A stretch of 64,000 nt of DNA from Candidatus Kaiserbacteria bacterium (GCA_028820405.1 JAPPJI010000025.1:609-64608); one strand, 5' to 3'. Counted from the first letter of the stretch, positions 1 to 9,629 are shown. Numbers and translations: made by a program. Notes: generated by a model from the sequence alone, not told the origin.

Positions 1-1198
1 GAACGGCCCCATATACACCCGTAACATATTTCATGTAGTGATTATCATCTGATCGAACCCCCTTAACTGTATCCAAACGCCATGCATCACTAGCCCCACT
101 TTCGTCCTTCTCCACAAGAACTATCTGATATTTATCAAGATCTTCCAGTACTGAGTGGCTGTGTGTACTAAAAATAATCTGAGCGTTTTTCGGGTTTATC
201 TCTGGATGTATGAACATACTGAATAATTCACGCACCATCTCGGGGTGGAGGTTAACTTCAAACTCATCTATGACGGCAATACCACCATTTTCTAAAACCC
301 TTATAATTACCGCCAACATCATCATGAACTGCTTTGTGCCGGATGACTCAAGTGTTAAGTCAAGACTATACTCTTTTCCATCAAGAGAATGAATTCCTTT
401 TGCATGAAAGACAGATCTACTTCCTGTTTTTTCCTTTCGCACCTCAACACCTGACAAACCGAGGTCAAAGGTAGCAAGATACTTTTCCATTTTTTCTTTT
501 ACACCACTGTTTTTTTCGTACAAGTCAAGTACGGAAAGAAACCTCTCAACACTGTTTAAAACCAGATGATCACCGAACCACCCCGCCTCTGATACATTTG
601 TATAGACATTTGACCAGAATCCCCCTATTTCACGACTCTCACTATGATTAAATTGAATGGCAAGACTGATTGTACTGACGTTACCTCGCAAGGAAGACTC
701 AAAGTTGTCAGGAAGACCGCACTTATTCTTTAACTTATACCTCTTATTTTTCTCGTCCCACATTCGATCAAAAACTAATTTGGTGGACTTCCGATTCGTC
801 ACAAATTCTGTTTTCTCTAACTTTTCAGAGACAATCCTCTCTCTGGTCATAGAAACGGAATAAGAATAGATGATCTTGTCAATTTCAAAAACCACTTCCA
901 TAACTGTCGCTTTTTTTCGAGAACCGTCATCAAGTTCAAACGACTGAAAGGGCAGTGGTGCATCGAGGTCTTGGCTAAAAGAATGTGTTATCAGCCACTG
1001 CAAAAACGGAAGTGCTTTCAAAAGAATGGTCTTCCCAGATGCATTTGAACCAACAACAACCTGAGTTTTTGAAAGGCGGACACCTAACGGTGTGGAAAAG
1101 TAACCTTCTGTTTTGGGTGCATCTCCATTGACCGTGAAATCAATGGACACTTTATTCTTAAAAGAGTAAAAATTCTCACAAGAAAACGAATGTAACAT
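1..1198 (-). CDS. AAA_21/RloA(AbiEii-type) ABC-ATPase, stop codon just outside the left edge
   Basis: Manually translated (absent from the ORF track because it runs off the edge): MLHSFSCENFYSFK..., Walker A GSNASGKT, Walker B IAVIDEFEVNLHP, H-loop QIIFSTHS, C-terminal YVTGVYGAV typical of the family; AT-rich. Confidence 0.85.
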   Translation of the reverse strand, partial: MLHSFSCENFYSFKNKVSIDFTVNGDAPKTEGYFSTPLGVRLSKTQVVVGSNASGKTILLKALPFLQWLITHSFSQDLDAPLPFQSFELDDGSRKKATVMEVVFEIDKIIYSYSVSMTRERIVSEKLEKTEFVTNRKSTKLVFDRMWDEKNKRYKLKNKCGLPDNFESSLRGNVSTISLAIQFNHSESREIGGFWSNVYTNVSEAGWFGDHLVLNSVERFLSVLDLYEKNSGVKEKMEKYLATFDLGLSGVEVRKEKTGSRSVFHAKGIHSLDGKEYSLDLTLESSGTKQFMMMLAVIIRVLENGGIAVIDEFEVNLHPEMVRELFSMFIHPEINPKNAQIIFSTHSHSVLEDLDKYQIVLVEKDESGASDAWRLDTVKGVRSDDNHYMKYVTGVYGAV

Positions 1199-1412
1199 AG
1201 TGCCTCTAAATATTTATTATATACCAGAATAAATAGAAATAGTCGAGTATTCCACATTTTTTTGTTAAACATCAAGATAATTTAGATTTTTTGAGGTGGT
1301 TATGGGGTATCAGTAATAGAAAGATATCCCATTTCTGGGGCACCTTTCTAACTTATACATTAACAAGATGCCAACTCAAAAAAGACTGTGATATATACTC
1401 TCAAGCATCCCT

Positions 1413-1790
1413 CTAGGCACCCTTGTTTTCCGATACCCTATCAAGATAGCTCTGGAGAATAATGGCCGCTGCTTCAGCATCGGTCCCTTTCCCCAGCCGG
1501 CTCGCCGCCTGTGTTGAAAACTGTTCCGGCTCAAAGACAACCGGCACACTTTTTTTGAGCTGTTTCGCAAGATCACGCACGTCCCGCATGACTTCATTCT
1601 CGTTCCCGTCAAGATCAAGTGACTCTCCGATGACCACTGTTGCAACAGACTGATCAACTGCGATGGCACGAATCTGATCAATGCACGTTGTACGAGAGAG
1701 CACGCCAAACGGGAAAGCAATGGTGCCACCTTCATCTGACAGTGCAACACCGACACGCACCTGTCCAACATCAAGCCCAAGATACCGCAT
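1413..1790 (-). CDS. ruvX: Holliday junction resolvase-like / pre-16S rRNA nuclease YqgF
   Basis: MRYLGLDVGQVRVGVALSD, EQFSTQAA and DAEAAAIILQSYLD motifs. Confidence 0.92.
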   Translation of the reverse strand: MRYLGLDVGQVRVGVALSDEGGTIAFPFGVLSRTTCIDQIRAIAVDQSVATVVIGESLDLDGNENEVMRDVRDLAKQLKKSVPVVFEPEQFSTQAASRLGKGTDAEAAAIILQSYLDRVSENKGA

Positions 1791-1847
1791 TACCCTTTCA
1801 TACAAGAAACCGCGGGACAGTGAAACCCCTTTCGTTCAGAGTGCCTG

Positions 1848-2528
1848 CTACTCTTCTGTTTCGTCAATGCGAACAAACCCGAGAACGTACGCTGAAACCG
1901 TCGGGTCGCCGTAGAATTGGTTGTGGTGGTCAACAACATCCCCCGATATCACACCGTTATCAACGTTTTCTTCGCCGCGTGACGGATCAAACTGCCCACC
2001 GGGGAATCCGGAACCAATAGGGCTGTTTAGCTCAGTCCCTATGTCGAGAATCTCAGTCCAATAGGTGTTGATTGAATCTGCCTCACCGCTGTTACTCCCT
2101 TGATACATAACGTCACTCAGTGGCACAGAATTGAGCCAGACAACACCGTCATTCGTCTGCACAATCATTGCCATGTACGTTAACCGGACATTTTCCATGC
2201 CTTCGTCTATCGATCCGACACCCACGCTCTTTTCGCCTCCCGGTTTAATGTGACCGACATCAATGATACGATAGACGTCCTCTCGATCGGCAATTGATTC
2301 TTTCAGTGCACTCGGGTCGCCGATTTCTGCAAGGGACTCATATTCCGGCGGTGCAACAAGCCCAATGTGATTCATTGAAAATGAGTCAGCGTGCAACACG
2401 AGCAGACCCGGTGATATGTCGTACTCTGATTCATTCTTCAATTTAACCGATGCCCCGCTTGTTGACGTATAGAGGACGAGGAGGACCGCAAGGATGATTA
2501 ATATAATTAGGAGGACCCACTTTTGCAT
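1848..2528 (-). CDS. Membrane-anchored spondin_N-like domain protein
   Basis: N-terminal TM; ISPGLLVLH...ESLAEIGDP...MAMIVQTNDG...LDIGTELN resembles the spondin_N pattern. Confidence 0.7.
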   Translation of the reverse strand: MQKWVLLIILIILAVLLVLYTSTSGASVKLKNESEYDISPGLLVLHADSFSMNHIGLVAPPEYESLAEIGDPSALKESIADREDVYRIIDVGHIKPGGEKSVGVGSIDEGMENVRLTYMAMIVQTNDGVVWLNSVPLSDVMYQGSNSGEADSINTYWTEILDIGTELNSPIGSGFPGGQFDPSRGEENVDNGVISGDVVDHHNQFYGDPTVSAYVLGFVRIDETEE

Positions 2529-2627
2529 AAATAAAAAGGTAGTTGATAAAACGTGTTGTGCAATACAACGAACCCCGCATCTGACAAGGCTGTCAATAGT
2601 ATACAAGGCAAAGGATATACTGGAGAC

Positions 2628-4718
2628 ATGCAATCCACAACGCCTATCGGTGACTGCTTTCCCGGGACTCGAAAACAGCAACGAAACGCGTTAGAACGAC
2701 TCGGCATCCACACTGCACGCGACCTCCTCTACCACTTCCCGAACCGATACATCAATTTTGCAGACGGCGGACAATCCGGCGGAACTATCACCGGAACTAT
2801 CACCGGCATACACAAGCGTCGAACCGGCGGAAAACGGCGTGTCATGGTGGCTGAAGCAACAATTGTTGCTCAGGGCGAGCGAGTACGGGCACTCTGGTTT
2901 CACCAGCCGTACATCGCAACGAAGTACGCAAAAGGAGATGTCGTCACCCTCAATGGCACGTGGTCAGGCAAGAATAAGCCGTATCTTGCCAATCCGATGA
3001 TCACGCATGGAGACGAAACCTCGCAACAGAGCAGAACACCGGACACCCTTACCCCCCTATACCCGGAAACACACGGCATATCCTCCCGATGGCTGCAGAC
3101 AAAGATTGAGGAACTGCTTCGTGACGATGCAATTAAGAACATAGAAGACCCGATACCGGAGGATGTTCGGAAACGACTCCGTCTTCCCCGCCTTTATGAT
3201 GCCCTCCTCCTCACCCACAAACCGAGGACGACGAATGACCATGAAGTCGCGAAGAAGCGGTTTGTCTTTGAGCAGGTTTTCCTGCTCCAAATCCGCCAAC
3301 ATCTCACAAAACACACACGGATGCAGCGATCTGCGTTCCCGGTACCTGCCAGCATACAATCTGCCCATGCGTTTATGAAAAGCACCTTTTCATTCACCCC
3401 GACAAAGGGGCAGCGGCGGGCTGTCAGCGACATTATCCGAGACATTAAGAAGAAAAAACCCATGGCACGACTTCTTGAAGGTGATGTCGGCTCAGGAAAA
3501 ACAGCGGTAGCCGCCGCCGTTGCGTACGGCGTCGTCACGAGCACCACGGACAGCAATCGACCGCAGGTCGCATACCTTGCTCCTACCGATATCCTCGCAC
3601 GGCAGCAGTTTGAAACATTTGTTGACCTTTTCAAAACAATGCCGGTACACGTCGGCTTTTTGAGCGGAAAAATCTGTCGTAAGTTTCCGTCAAAGACACA
3701 ACCGAGCGAAGCAACTGACGTGCCGAAAACTCGCATGAAACGGATGATTGCGAGCGGGGAACTTGATGTCGTCATCGGCACACACGCCGTCATTCAAAAA
3801 GATGTTGCGTTTCGAAACCTCGCCCTCGCCGTTATCGACGAACAGCATCGATTCGGTGTCGCACAGCGGAAACAACTGGTCAGTGCAAGCAGAGACACCC
3901 TGCCCCACCTCCTCTCAATGACCGCAACACCCATTCCCCGCACCCTTGCCCTGACGATGTACGCTGACCTTGACCTCAGTGTGCTCGATGAAATGCCGTC
4001 AGGACGAAAACAGGCGGTAACAAAGGTGCTTGCATCACGGGATAAAGGGGAGGTATACGACCGCATACGACAGGAAATTGATCGGGGACACCAGGCATAC
4101 GTACTCTGCCCCCGCATTGAGGAACACGGATCGTCGCCTATGCGATCCTTGAAGAAAGAGTACCGACACCTCGCAGACAGCGTCTTTCCCGACCGATCAG
4201 TCGCCATGCTGCATGGAAAAATGACACCGAAGGAGCGGGAACATATCGTGGACGCATTCAACGACGGATCTATTGATATTATCGCCTGCACAACGGTGAT
4301 AGAAATTGGGGTAAACGTGCCGAATGCCACCACCATTGCAATCTTGCACGCAGAACGGTTCGGTCTGGCACAACTGCACCAAATCAGGGGACGAGTCACC
4401 AGAAGCACGAAGCAGCCGTACTGCTATGCTGTCACTGACAGCAAAAACGAAGATACGCTTCAACGGCTCCGTGTCTTTGAAGAAACACACAGCGGGTTTG
4501 ACCTTGCGGAACAAGACCTTACCATGCGAGGCAGCGGTGACCTTGCCGGTTTTAGGCAGTCCGGTGTACCGGACATGATCACCGAAGGACTGAAGAATCC
4601 GAAACTGGTCGAATATGCACGAAAAGAAGCCCAGCACATCGTTGCAAAAGATCCGTCCCTTACCGCCTATCCGCTCATTCAAAAACAGATTGACCAGCAA
4701 GCGGCGGAAAACGCCTAG
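2628..4718 (+). CDS. recG: ATP-dependent DNA helicase RecG
   Basis: LLEGDVGSGKT, IDEQHRFGVAQR, MTATPIPRTL, ERFGLAQLHQIRGRV; start placed 6 nt after TATACT. Confidence 0.97.
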   Translation: MQSTTPIGDCFPGTRKQQRNALERLGIHTARDLLYHFPNRYINFADGGQSGGTITGTITGIHKRRTGGKRRVMVAEATIVAQGERVRALWFHQPYIATKYAKGDVVTLNGTWSGKNKPYLANPMITHGDETSQQSRTPDTLTPLYPETHGISSRWLQTKIEELLRDDAIKNIEDPIPEDVRKRLRLPRLYDALLLTHKPRTTNDHEVAKKRFVFEQVFLLQIRQHLTKHTRMQRSAFPVPASIQSAHAFMKSTFSFTPTKGQRRAVSDIIRDIKKKKPMARLLEGDVGSGKTAVAAAVAYGVVTSTTDSNRPQVAYLAPTDILARQQFETFVDLFKTMPVHVGFLSGKICRKFPSKTQPSEATDVPKTRMKRMIASGELDVVIGTHAVIQKDVAFRNLALAVIDEQHRFGVAQRKQLVSASRDTLPHLLSMTATPIPRTLALTMYADLDLSVLDEMPSGRKQAVTKVLASRDKGEVYDRIRQEIDRGHQAYVLCPRIEEHGSSPMRSLKKEYRHLADSVFPDRSVAMLHGKMTPKEREHIVDAFNDGSIDIIACTTVIEIGVNVPNATTIAILHAERFGLAQLHQIRGRVTRSTKQPYCYAVTDSKNEDTLQRLRVFEETHSGFDLAEQDLTMRGSGDLAGFRQSGVPDMITEGLKNPKLVEYARKEAQHIVAKDPSLTAYPLIQKQIDQQAAENA

Positions 4719-4753
4719 CACACCTTGCAAAAAACACGCTACTATGGAGAAGT

Positions 4754-5722
4754 ATGCGAAAGGGTAACAGTCTCGCTATCGGCATCTTTTTTGCACTCTG
4801 TGTCGGCGTCGGTCTCTTTCTGTGGACGCAAAACAGTACACCTCTGTCACCAGAGAACCCGGGTCGCTTTGCACAGTACGATCTCGCCACTGACACAACG
4901 CTCGCATCAATCAATCTCAATGATGTTCTCTCCGGCGGTGTCAGAAAAGACGGCATCCCCGCTATCACCGATCCGGTCTTTCTCCCGCTCGCAGAAACAG
5001 ATGTGCGGGAGAGTGCCCGAGGCATCCTCGTACAACACAACGGCATGAGCCGATTTTATCCATACAGTATTTTGGTGTGGCATGAGATTGTTAACGACAC
5101 ATTGGATGACCTGTCAATCGCCGTCACCTACTGCCCACTCTGTGATTCAGCACTGGTGTTTGACCGGTTGGTGCAAGGAACTCTGCTCCAGTTTGGTGTG
5201 AGCGGACTGCTCTTTGAGTCAAACCTTCTCATGTACGACACGGCAACCGAATCATTGTGGTCACAATCAAACCGTCGTTCCGTCGTCGGCACCTACACCG
5301 GCACTGAACTCTCTCTCGTTCCGTTCCAAGTGCTGAGACTCAGCGAGGTGCGAGAAAAATACCCGACAACAGAGGTGCTCAGCACCGACACCGGATACGC
5401 CAGAAACTACGGCGACACGCCCTATGACGGCTATACCGACACCGAGCAGACGCTCTTCCCGATATCGATAACAGACAAACGGTTTCCGGCGAAAGATATT
5501 TTTTATGTCATTCCGTTCAGGGGACGATCACTCGCAGCTCGGTACCACGATATTTCTGAAGGGACGACGTCGTTTTCAGTCGATTCATTCGCCATCACCA
5601 TCACCCGGGACGGCGATGAGATTGTTGCACAACATGGCAACGAATTACTCCCCGGATATTTTGAACTATGGTTCTCTTGGGCAGTCCACCACCAGGATGA
5701 CGGTGTTGTTCTCAGGCAGTAG
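4754..5722 (+). CDS. DUF3179-family CxxC protein, membrane-anchored
   Basis: GGVRKDGIPAI, WHEIVND, TYCPLC, FGVSGLL.ESNLLMYD.ATESLWSQ, WFSW. Confidence 0.85.
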   Translation: MRKGNSLAIGIFFALCVGVGLFLWTQNSTPLSPENPGRFAQYDLATDTTLASINLNDVLSGGVRKDGIPAITDPVFLPLAETDVRESARGILVQHNGMSRFYPYSILVWHEIVNDTLDDLSIAVTYCPLCDSALVFDRLVQGTLLQFGVSGLLFESNLLMYDTATESLWSQSNRRSVVGTYTGTELSLVPFQVLRLSEVREKYPTTEVLSTDTGYARNYGDTPYDGYTDTEQTLFPISITDKRFPAKDIFYVIPFRGRSLAARYHDISEGTTSFSVDSFAITITRDGDEIVAQHGNELLPGYFELWFSWAVHHQDDGVVLRQ

Positions 5723-5745
5723 CGGATCGTGTATACTGTGAGTAT

Positions 5746-6306
5746 ATGACGACAACAAAAATCATTATTATTCTTCTTATTGCCGGTGCCGTTATCGGAT
5801 CCATTCTCTATAGCGGACAAGATTATGAACCTGGAGTAGTTGAGGACGTGCAACTACTCAGAGAGGATACTCAAGGAAATGAAACCGAAGCAGTGCTCTC
5901 CTTTGAGGAAGAGGTCCCTGACGCTGTGTCAGATTCGGAAGACCTCTCACTCCTCAATGAGGACGCTGCTAGCCCTGCATCAGAAACGGAATCCGTGCTT
6001 GAAGACGACATTCCGGCAAATTTGACCGCAGCCCTTCAAGAAGGGACGCCCGTGCTCTTCTTTCACGCCTCATGGTGTCCAACTTGCCGTGCACTTGCAA
6101 AAGAGCTAGAAGAGCGATCTGACGAAATCCCTTCCAACATCAGTGTTGTTACCGTTGACTACGATTCTGAGAAAGAACTTCGAAGGCGGTATAACATTAC
6201 CCGCCAGCACACCCTCGTCGTTCTCGACAGCAACCTGGAACAGGTCGGACCATCCTGGGAAGGTGGTGGTGTTGACGAGATTCTTAATCGATTCGGAGTT
6301 GAGTAG
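5746..6306 (+). CDS. Membrane-anchored thioredoxin-family protein
   Basis: N-terminal TM, acidic linker, FFHASWCPTCRAL, VDYD...YNITRQHT. Confidence 0.9.
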   Translation: MTTTKIIIILLIAGAVIGSILYSGQDYEPGVVEDVQLLREDTQGNETEAVLSFEEEVPDAVSDSEDLSLLNEDAASPASETESVLEDDIPANLTAALQEGTPVLFFHASWCPTCRALAKELEERSDEIPSNISVVTVDYDSEKELRRRYNITRQHTLVVLDSNLEQVGPSWEGGGVDEILNRFGVE

Positions 6307-6312
6307 TGGGGT

Positions 6313-7020
6313 ATGTTCTCACTGTTGATTGCGTCCTTTGTTGCGGGGTTTTTAACTATTCTTGCACCGTGCCTGCTCCCGCTCGTCCCCGCCGTTATCG
6401 GCAGTGCCGCCTCAGGTGAATCGAGGAGAAGTCCGTTTCTGACCATTGCGTCACTCCTCGTTGCGATTATCATCGTCACCGTTATCATACAAATTGTCCC
6501 CTCCCTCTTCTACGTTCCCAGTGAGTTCTGGAACTACCTTGCCGCCATCCTCATCTTCTTTGTCGGACTCGCCTTCGTCGTTCCCCAGGTGTGGTCAAAG
6601 ATTCCTTTTGTTGCAACATCCGCAACCGGAAGCAGCCGTCTGCTCGGCAGACTTATGCAACGATCCGGACCGTCAGCTGACATTACAGTCGGTGCCGCTT
6701 TAGCTCCGGCATTCACCTCCTGTTCCCCAACCTATCTTCTCATCATTGCCGTCATTTTACCGGCAAGTTTCTTGCAGGGACTCCTCTACCTCACCGCCTA
6801 CGTACTCGGTCTCGGTACCGTTCTCATCGGTATTGCCCTGATCGGACGATCCTTGCTGCAAAAACTTGACCTCCTCTCTCACGGCTGGTTCAAAATATCC
6901 ATCGGTGTCATCCTTATCGGTACGAGCATCATCATTGCAACCGGCTTGGAGAAATCATTTGCGACATTCCTCCTCGACAGAGGGTTCTTTGATGTCACGA
7001 CACTGGAACTTATTGATTAA
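6313..7020 (+). CDS. CcdA/DsbD-type transmembrane electron transporter
   Basis: About 6 TM segments; AGFLTILAPCLLPLVP and TSCSPT cysteine motifs. Confidence 0.88.
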   Translation: MFSLLIASFVAGFLTILAPCLLPLVPAVIGSAASGESRRSPFLTIASLLVAIIIVTVIIQIVPSLFYVPSEFWNYLAAILIFFVGLAFVVPQVWSKIPFVATSATGSSRLLGRLMQRSGPSADITVGAALAPAFTSCSPTYLLIIAVILPASFLQGLLYLTAYVLGLGTVLIGIALIGRSLLQKLDLLSHGWFKISIGVILIGTSIIIATGLEKSFATFLLDRGFFDVTTLELID

Positions 7021-7082
7021 CTAACACAAAGAAAAAACCGCACTGTTGTGCGGTCTCTTCTCAATTAGAACAGAGGTACAGC

Positions 7083-7658
7083 CTACGGTGTTCGGTCACC
7101 GACTCGTTCTACATATGATGCGATTTCGTTCTTCACGCCAACAATGGTACTCTCCAAAGCCTGTGCCATACCCTGTTCGGTGATGTACAGACCACTCTGC
7201 GAGTCACGGTATACCGGACCATCCACCTCATCAAAGTCACTTGAGAGAATAATCTCTCCTGTGTGCTTGTGCATGAGACCGGTGCCTGGTACCTCTTCAA
7301 GGTACTCTTCAGCAACATAAGTACCGGTCAGCCTGTTCAGGTATATTGTTCCGAGTAGCGGCCTGAAGTTTCGTGCAACGTATTCCGTGCCGGTCTTTCT
7401 GTGTCGCAAAATACGATCTTGAATGATGTCAACATTTGCAATGCTCGAGAGTACGTTGTTGACTCCGATAGGCAGTCCGTTTGAGTGCATCGGACAGTGC
7501 ACACCGAAGTATGCACAGAGGTACATCGCATCGACACTTCTTCGATCATCACTTAATTCGACAGCCACTGCAGGCGATACGGTTGCTGTTAACAAAGTGG
7601 CAACGAATATTGCAGCAACACCGAGTGCGAGTAATTGTATTGATACGGTCGTTTTCAT
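7083..7658 (-). CDS. Secreted orphan protein with ~22-aa internal repeats
   Basis: Signal peptide ending SPAVA; four repeats centred on xxTG/SG. Confidence 0.7.
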   Translation of the reverse strand: MKTTVSIQLLALGVAAIFVATLLTATVSPAVAVELSDDRRSVDAMYLCAYFGVHCPMHSNGLPIGVNNVLSSIANVDIIQDRILRHRKTGTEYVARNFRPLLGTIYLNRLTGTYVAEEYLEEVPGTGLMHKHTGEIILSSDFDEVDGPVYRDSQSGLYITEQGMAQALESTIVGVKNEIASYVERVGDRTP

Positions 7659-7757
7659 AATAAAGGTAGGTAATTTAATATTTACGGACGAGCAAAACAC
7701 ATCCTTTTTGTAGTATACAACGTAACCAGTAGATGAAATATGCAACTGTATATGACG

Positions 7758-8444
7758 TTAAAATTCTACAGAATAGTAGTCGGTATCTGACAGATCTTCC
7801 AAGCTCAAGAGGACCTTTTCCCGTCTTGGATTCCCGTCCGAATTACGAAAACCTCTTTGAAAAGAACCGGCATGATCCAATGTTTCCTTGTTTACCCTTA
7901 TGAACACTATCTGCTTCAATGAAAATCTTGTTTTTCGCGGTCGGGACCATGCTCCCCTCTTTTTCCTCTGTTTCTCGTATTCTGATTCTCCTCCTTTTAG
8001 TGCACGGTGCCACTTCTTAAATGTTTCATTTTCGTCATTGTACTCTACATCACCAATTGCCATGATAACTCCGATCGCCCCATAGTCATTGACGGCACGT
8101 TCAATCGCTTCACGATCATTTATGACAACGGTATGATTACTTGTGTTGGTTGCATGAGCCTTGTAGTCCCACGGTATTTCAAAAAATCCATCAAATTGAA
8201 CATTGTTGTATGATCCTTTTTCGTCTTTAACCATCATAAGTATCAAGGGATCACCGTCTTTTGCGGAGAGAAATTTCTCACACAGAAATTCAAAGTAGAA
8301 ACCCATCCATTCCATCTGTTTCCAGTGTCGAAACCCGCTCTCTTTCATCTCAAGGATCGCCTGTTTTCCATCCCATTCCCGAGGAATCTCCTGCAGTAGT
8401 GCAGCAAGACTTTTTGCAATTTTCTCAAACGCTGTATATTCCAT
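7758..8444 (-). CDS. Putative type II restriction endonuclease
   Basis: Directly downstream of a DNA MTase in the same operon; FDG...WDYKAH is PD-(D/E)xK-like; AT-richer than flanks. Confidence 0.6.
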   Translation of the reverse strand: MEYTAFEKIAKSLAALLQEIPREWDGKQAILEMKESGFRHWKQMEWMGFYFEFLCEKFLSAKDGDPLILMMVKDEKGSYNNVQFDGFFEIPWDYKAHATNTSNHTVVINDREAIERAVNDYGAIGVIMAIGDVEYNDENETFKKWHRALKGGESEYEKQRKKRGAWSRPRKTRFSLKQIVFIRVNKETLDHAGSFQRGFRNSDGNPRREKVLLSLEDLSDTDYYSVEF

Positions 8445-8453
8445 ACACCCCTG

Positions 8454-9227
8454 CTACACGGCATTGTCTATTCGCTTGTTCGCAAAATCAACATATTCTT
8501 TTACAACCTCAAAGCCAAGGTATTGTCTGTTCATATTTTTTGCACACACTGCGGTAGTGCCGCTCCCCATGAACGGGTCCAAGACAATGTCACCTTCGTT
8601 GCTTCCGTACGCAATGAGCTTGCTGACCAACTCTTCAGGCAGCCGCGTTGGTGTCTTCACCTTGTTAGCCCAATACTCCCTCTTTATCACCAGCACATCT
8701 TCGGGATAGTGGTCGATTTTATTGAATACATAGTTTTTCTTATCCTTCACCAAAAAGAGGATGTGGTAGTGACTCGTCACAAACTTCTTTTTCGTGAACA
8801 CGCCAAATTGGTACTTCCAAATCAGGTGGTTAATCGTCTCCAGCCCGACATCCTCGACTGCGTTTAAGATGTCCCGCAAGTTGCTCCAACCGGAAACCAG
8901 AAAAATTGAACCGTTGTCAGATAACACTCGCTTGCACTCTTTCAGCCACTCACACGTAAAGTCAAAATACTCCTCCCGCTTTATCTCATTATACCCCTGT
9001 AACACATTCTCACTCTTCCTATTGTATTGACTGCCGACTTTTTGAAAATCTATCGCAAATGGCGGATCGGTAACGATCAAATTGATAAACCTGTCCTCAA
9101 TGTTACACAACCCAGACCTGCAGTCCTCATTAAAAATTACATCCGCCACCTTCTTGGAACAGAGACCTGTCCCCTCTTTTGATTTCTGTTTTGTCTCTAC
9201 GGCAGAAAAAAGGGTTTTGTTACTCAC
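8454..9227 (-). CDS. Site-specific DNA methyltransferase, N6A/N4C, beta class
   Basis: Catalytic TDPPF precedes SAM-binding VLDPFMGSGTT; GTG start. Confidence 0.95.
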   Translation of the reverse strand: MSNKTLFSAVETKQKSKEGTGLCSKKVADVIFNEDCRSGLCNIEDRFINLIVTDPPFAIDFQKVGSQYNRKSENVLQGYNEIKREEYFDFTCEWLKECKRVLSDNGSIFLVSGWSNLRDILNAVEDVGLETINHLIWKYQFGVFTKKKFVTSHYHILFLVKDKKNYVFNKIDHYPEDVLVIKREYWANKVKTPTRLPEELVSKLIAYGSNEGDIVLDPFMGSGTTAVCAKNMNRQYLGFEVVKEYVDFANKRIDNAV

Positions 9228-9339
9228 ACTACCAGTATACCCTCCGACCAGGCGAGGGTGTGTTCCTTTACGATATTTTCCCGGTTAAGCAATTCACAAA
9301 AAACAAATTGACAGAGGTGAAAAAGAGAAGGTGCACTAC

Positions 9340-9538
9340 GCCATACTTGATCGTATTAGACCAGCGACACATATCCGATGAACACCCTCCTTGCAGAGGG
9401 TGTCCCTCATTTACCTTAACTACAAATTACCCACCCCACCACAACACCTTTTACCTCGTGTCCTTCATAAATCATACTATGTGCATAGACGAACGAGGTA
9501 CCGGACCCATCAGGTAATCTGGGTCTCTTTTATTTTTT
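9340..9538 (+). ncRNA. Candidate intergenic small RNA
   Basis: TTGACA near 9308; hairpins acaccctc/gagggtgt and tacctcgt/acgaggta; ends at terminator ggaccca/tgggtct plus U-tract; no SD-led ORF. Confidence 0.35.
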
Positions 9539-9556
9539 TCACCAACCTCCACCAAG

Positions 9557-9629
9557 TCCACCCGCCTGGACTCGAACCAGGAACCACGTGTGTATAAGAC
9601 ACGCGCTCTACCAATTGAGCTACAGGTGG
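9557..9629 (-). tRNA. tRNA-Ile (anticodon UAU)
   Basis: Cloverleaf: acceptor CCACCTG/CGGGTGG, anticodon arm CGTGT-CT TAT AC-ACACG, T-arm CCTGG-TTCGAGT-CCAGG; CCA not encoded. Confidence 0.93.

Noticed and set aside
4754-5722. Selenoprotein or stop-codon reassignment (genetic code 25)
   Set aside because: DUF3179 has a plain CPLC, and TGA serves as a normal stop in several genes (dcd, ung, recA, recO), consistent with code 11
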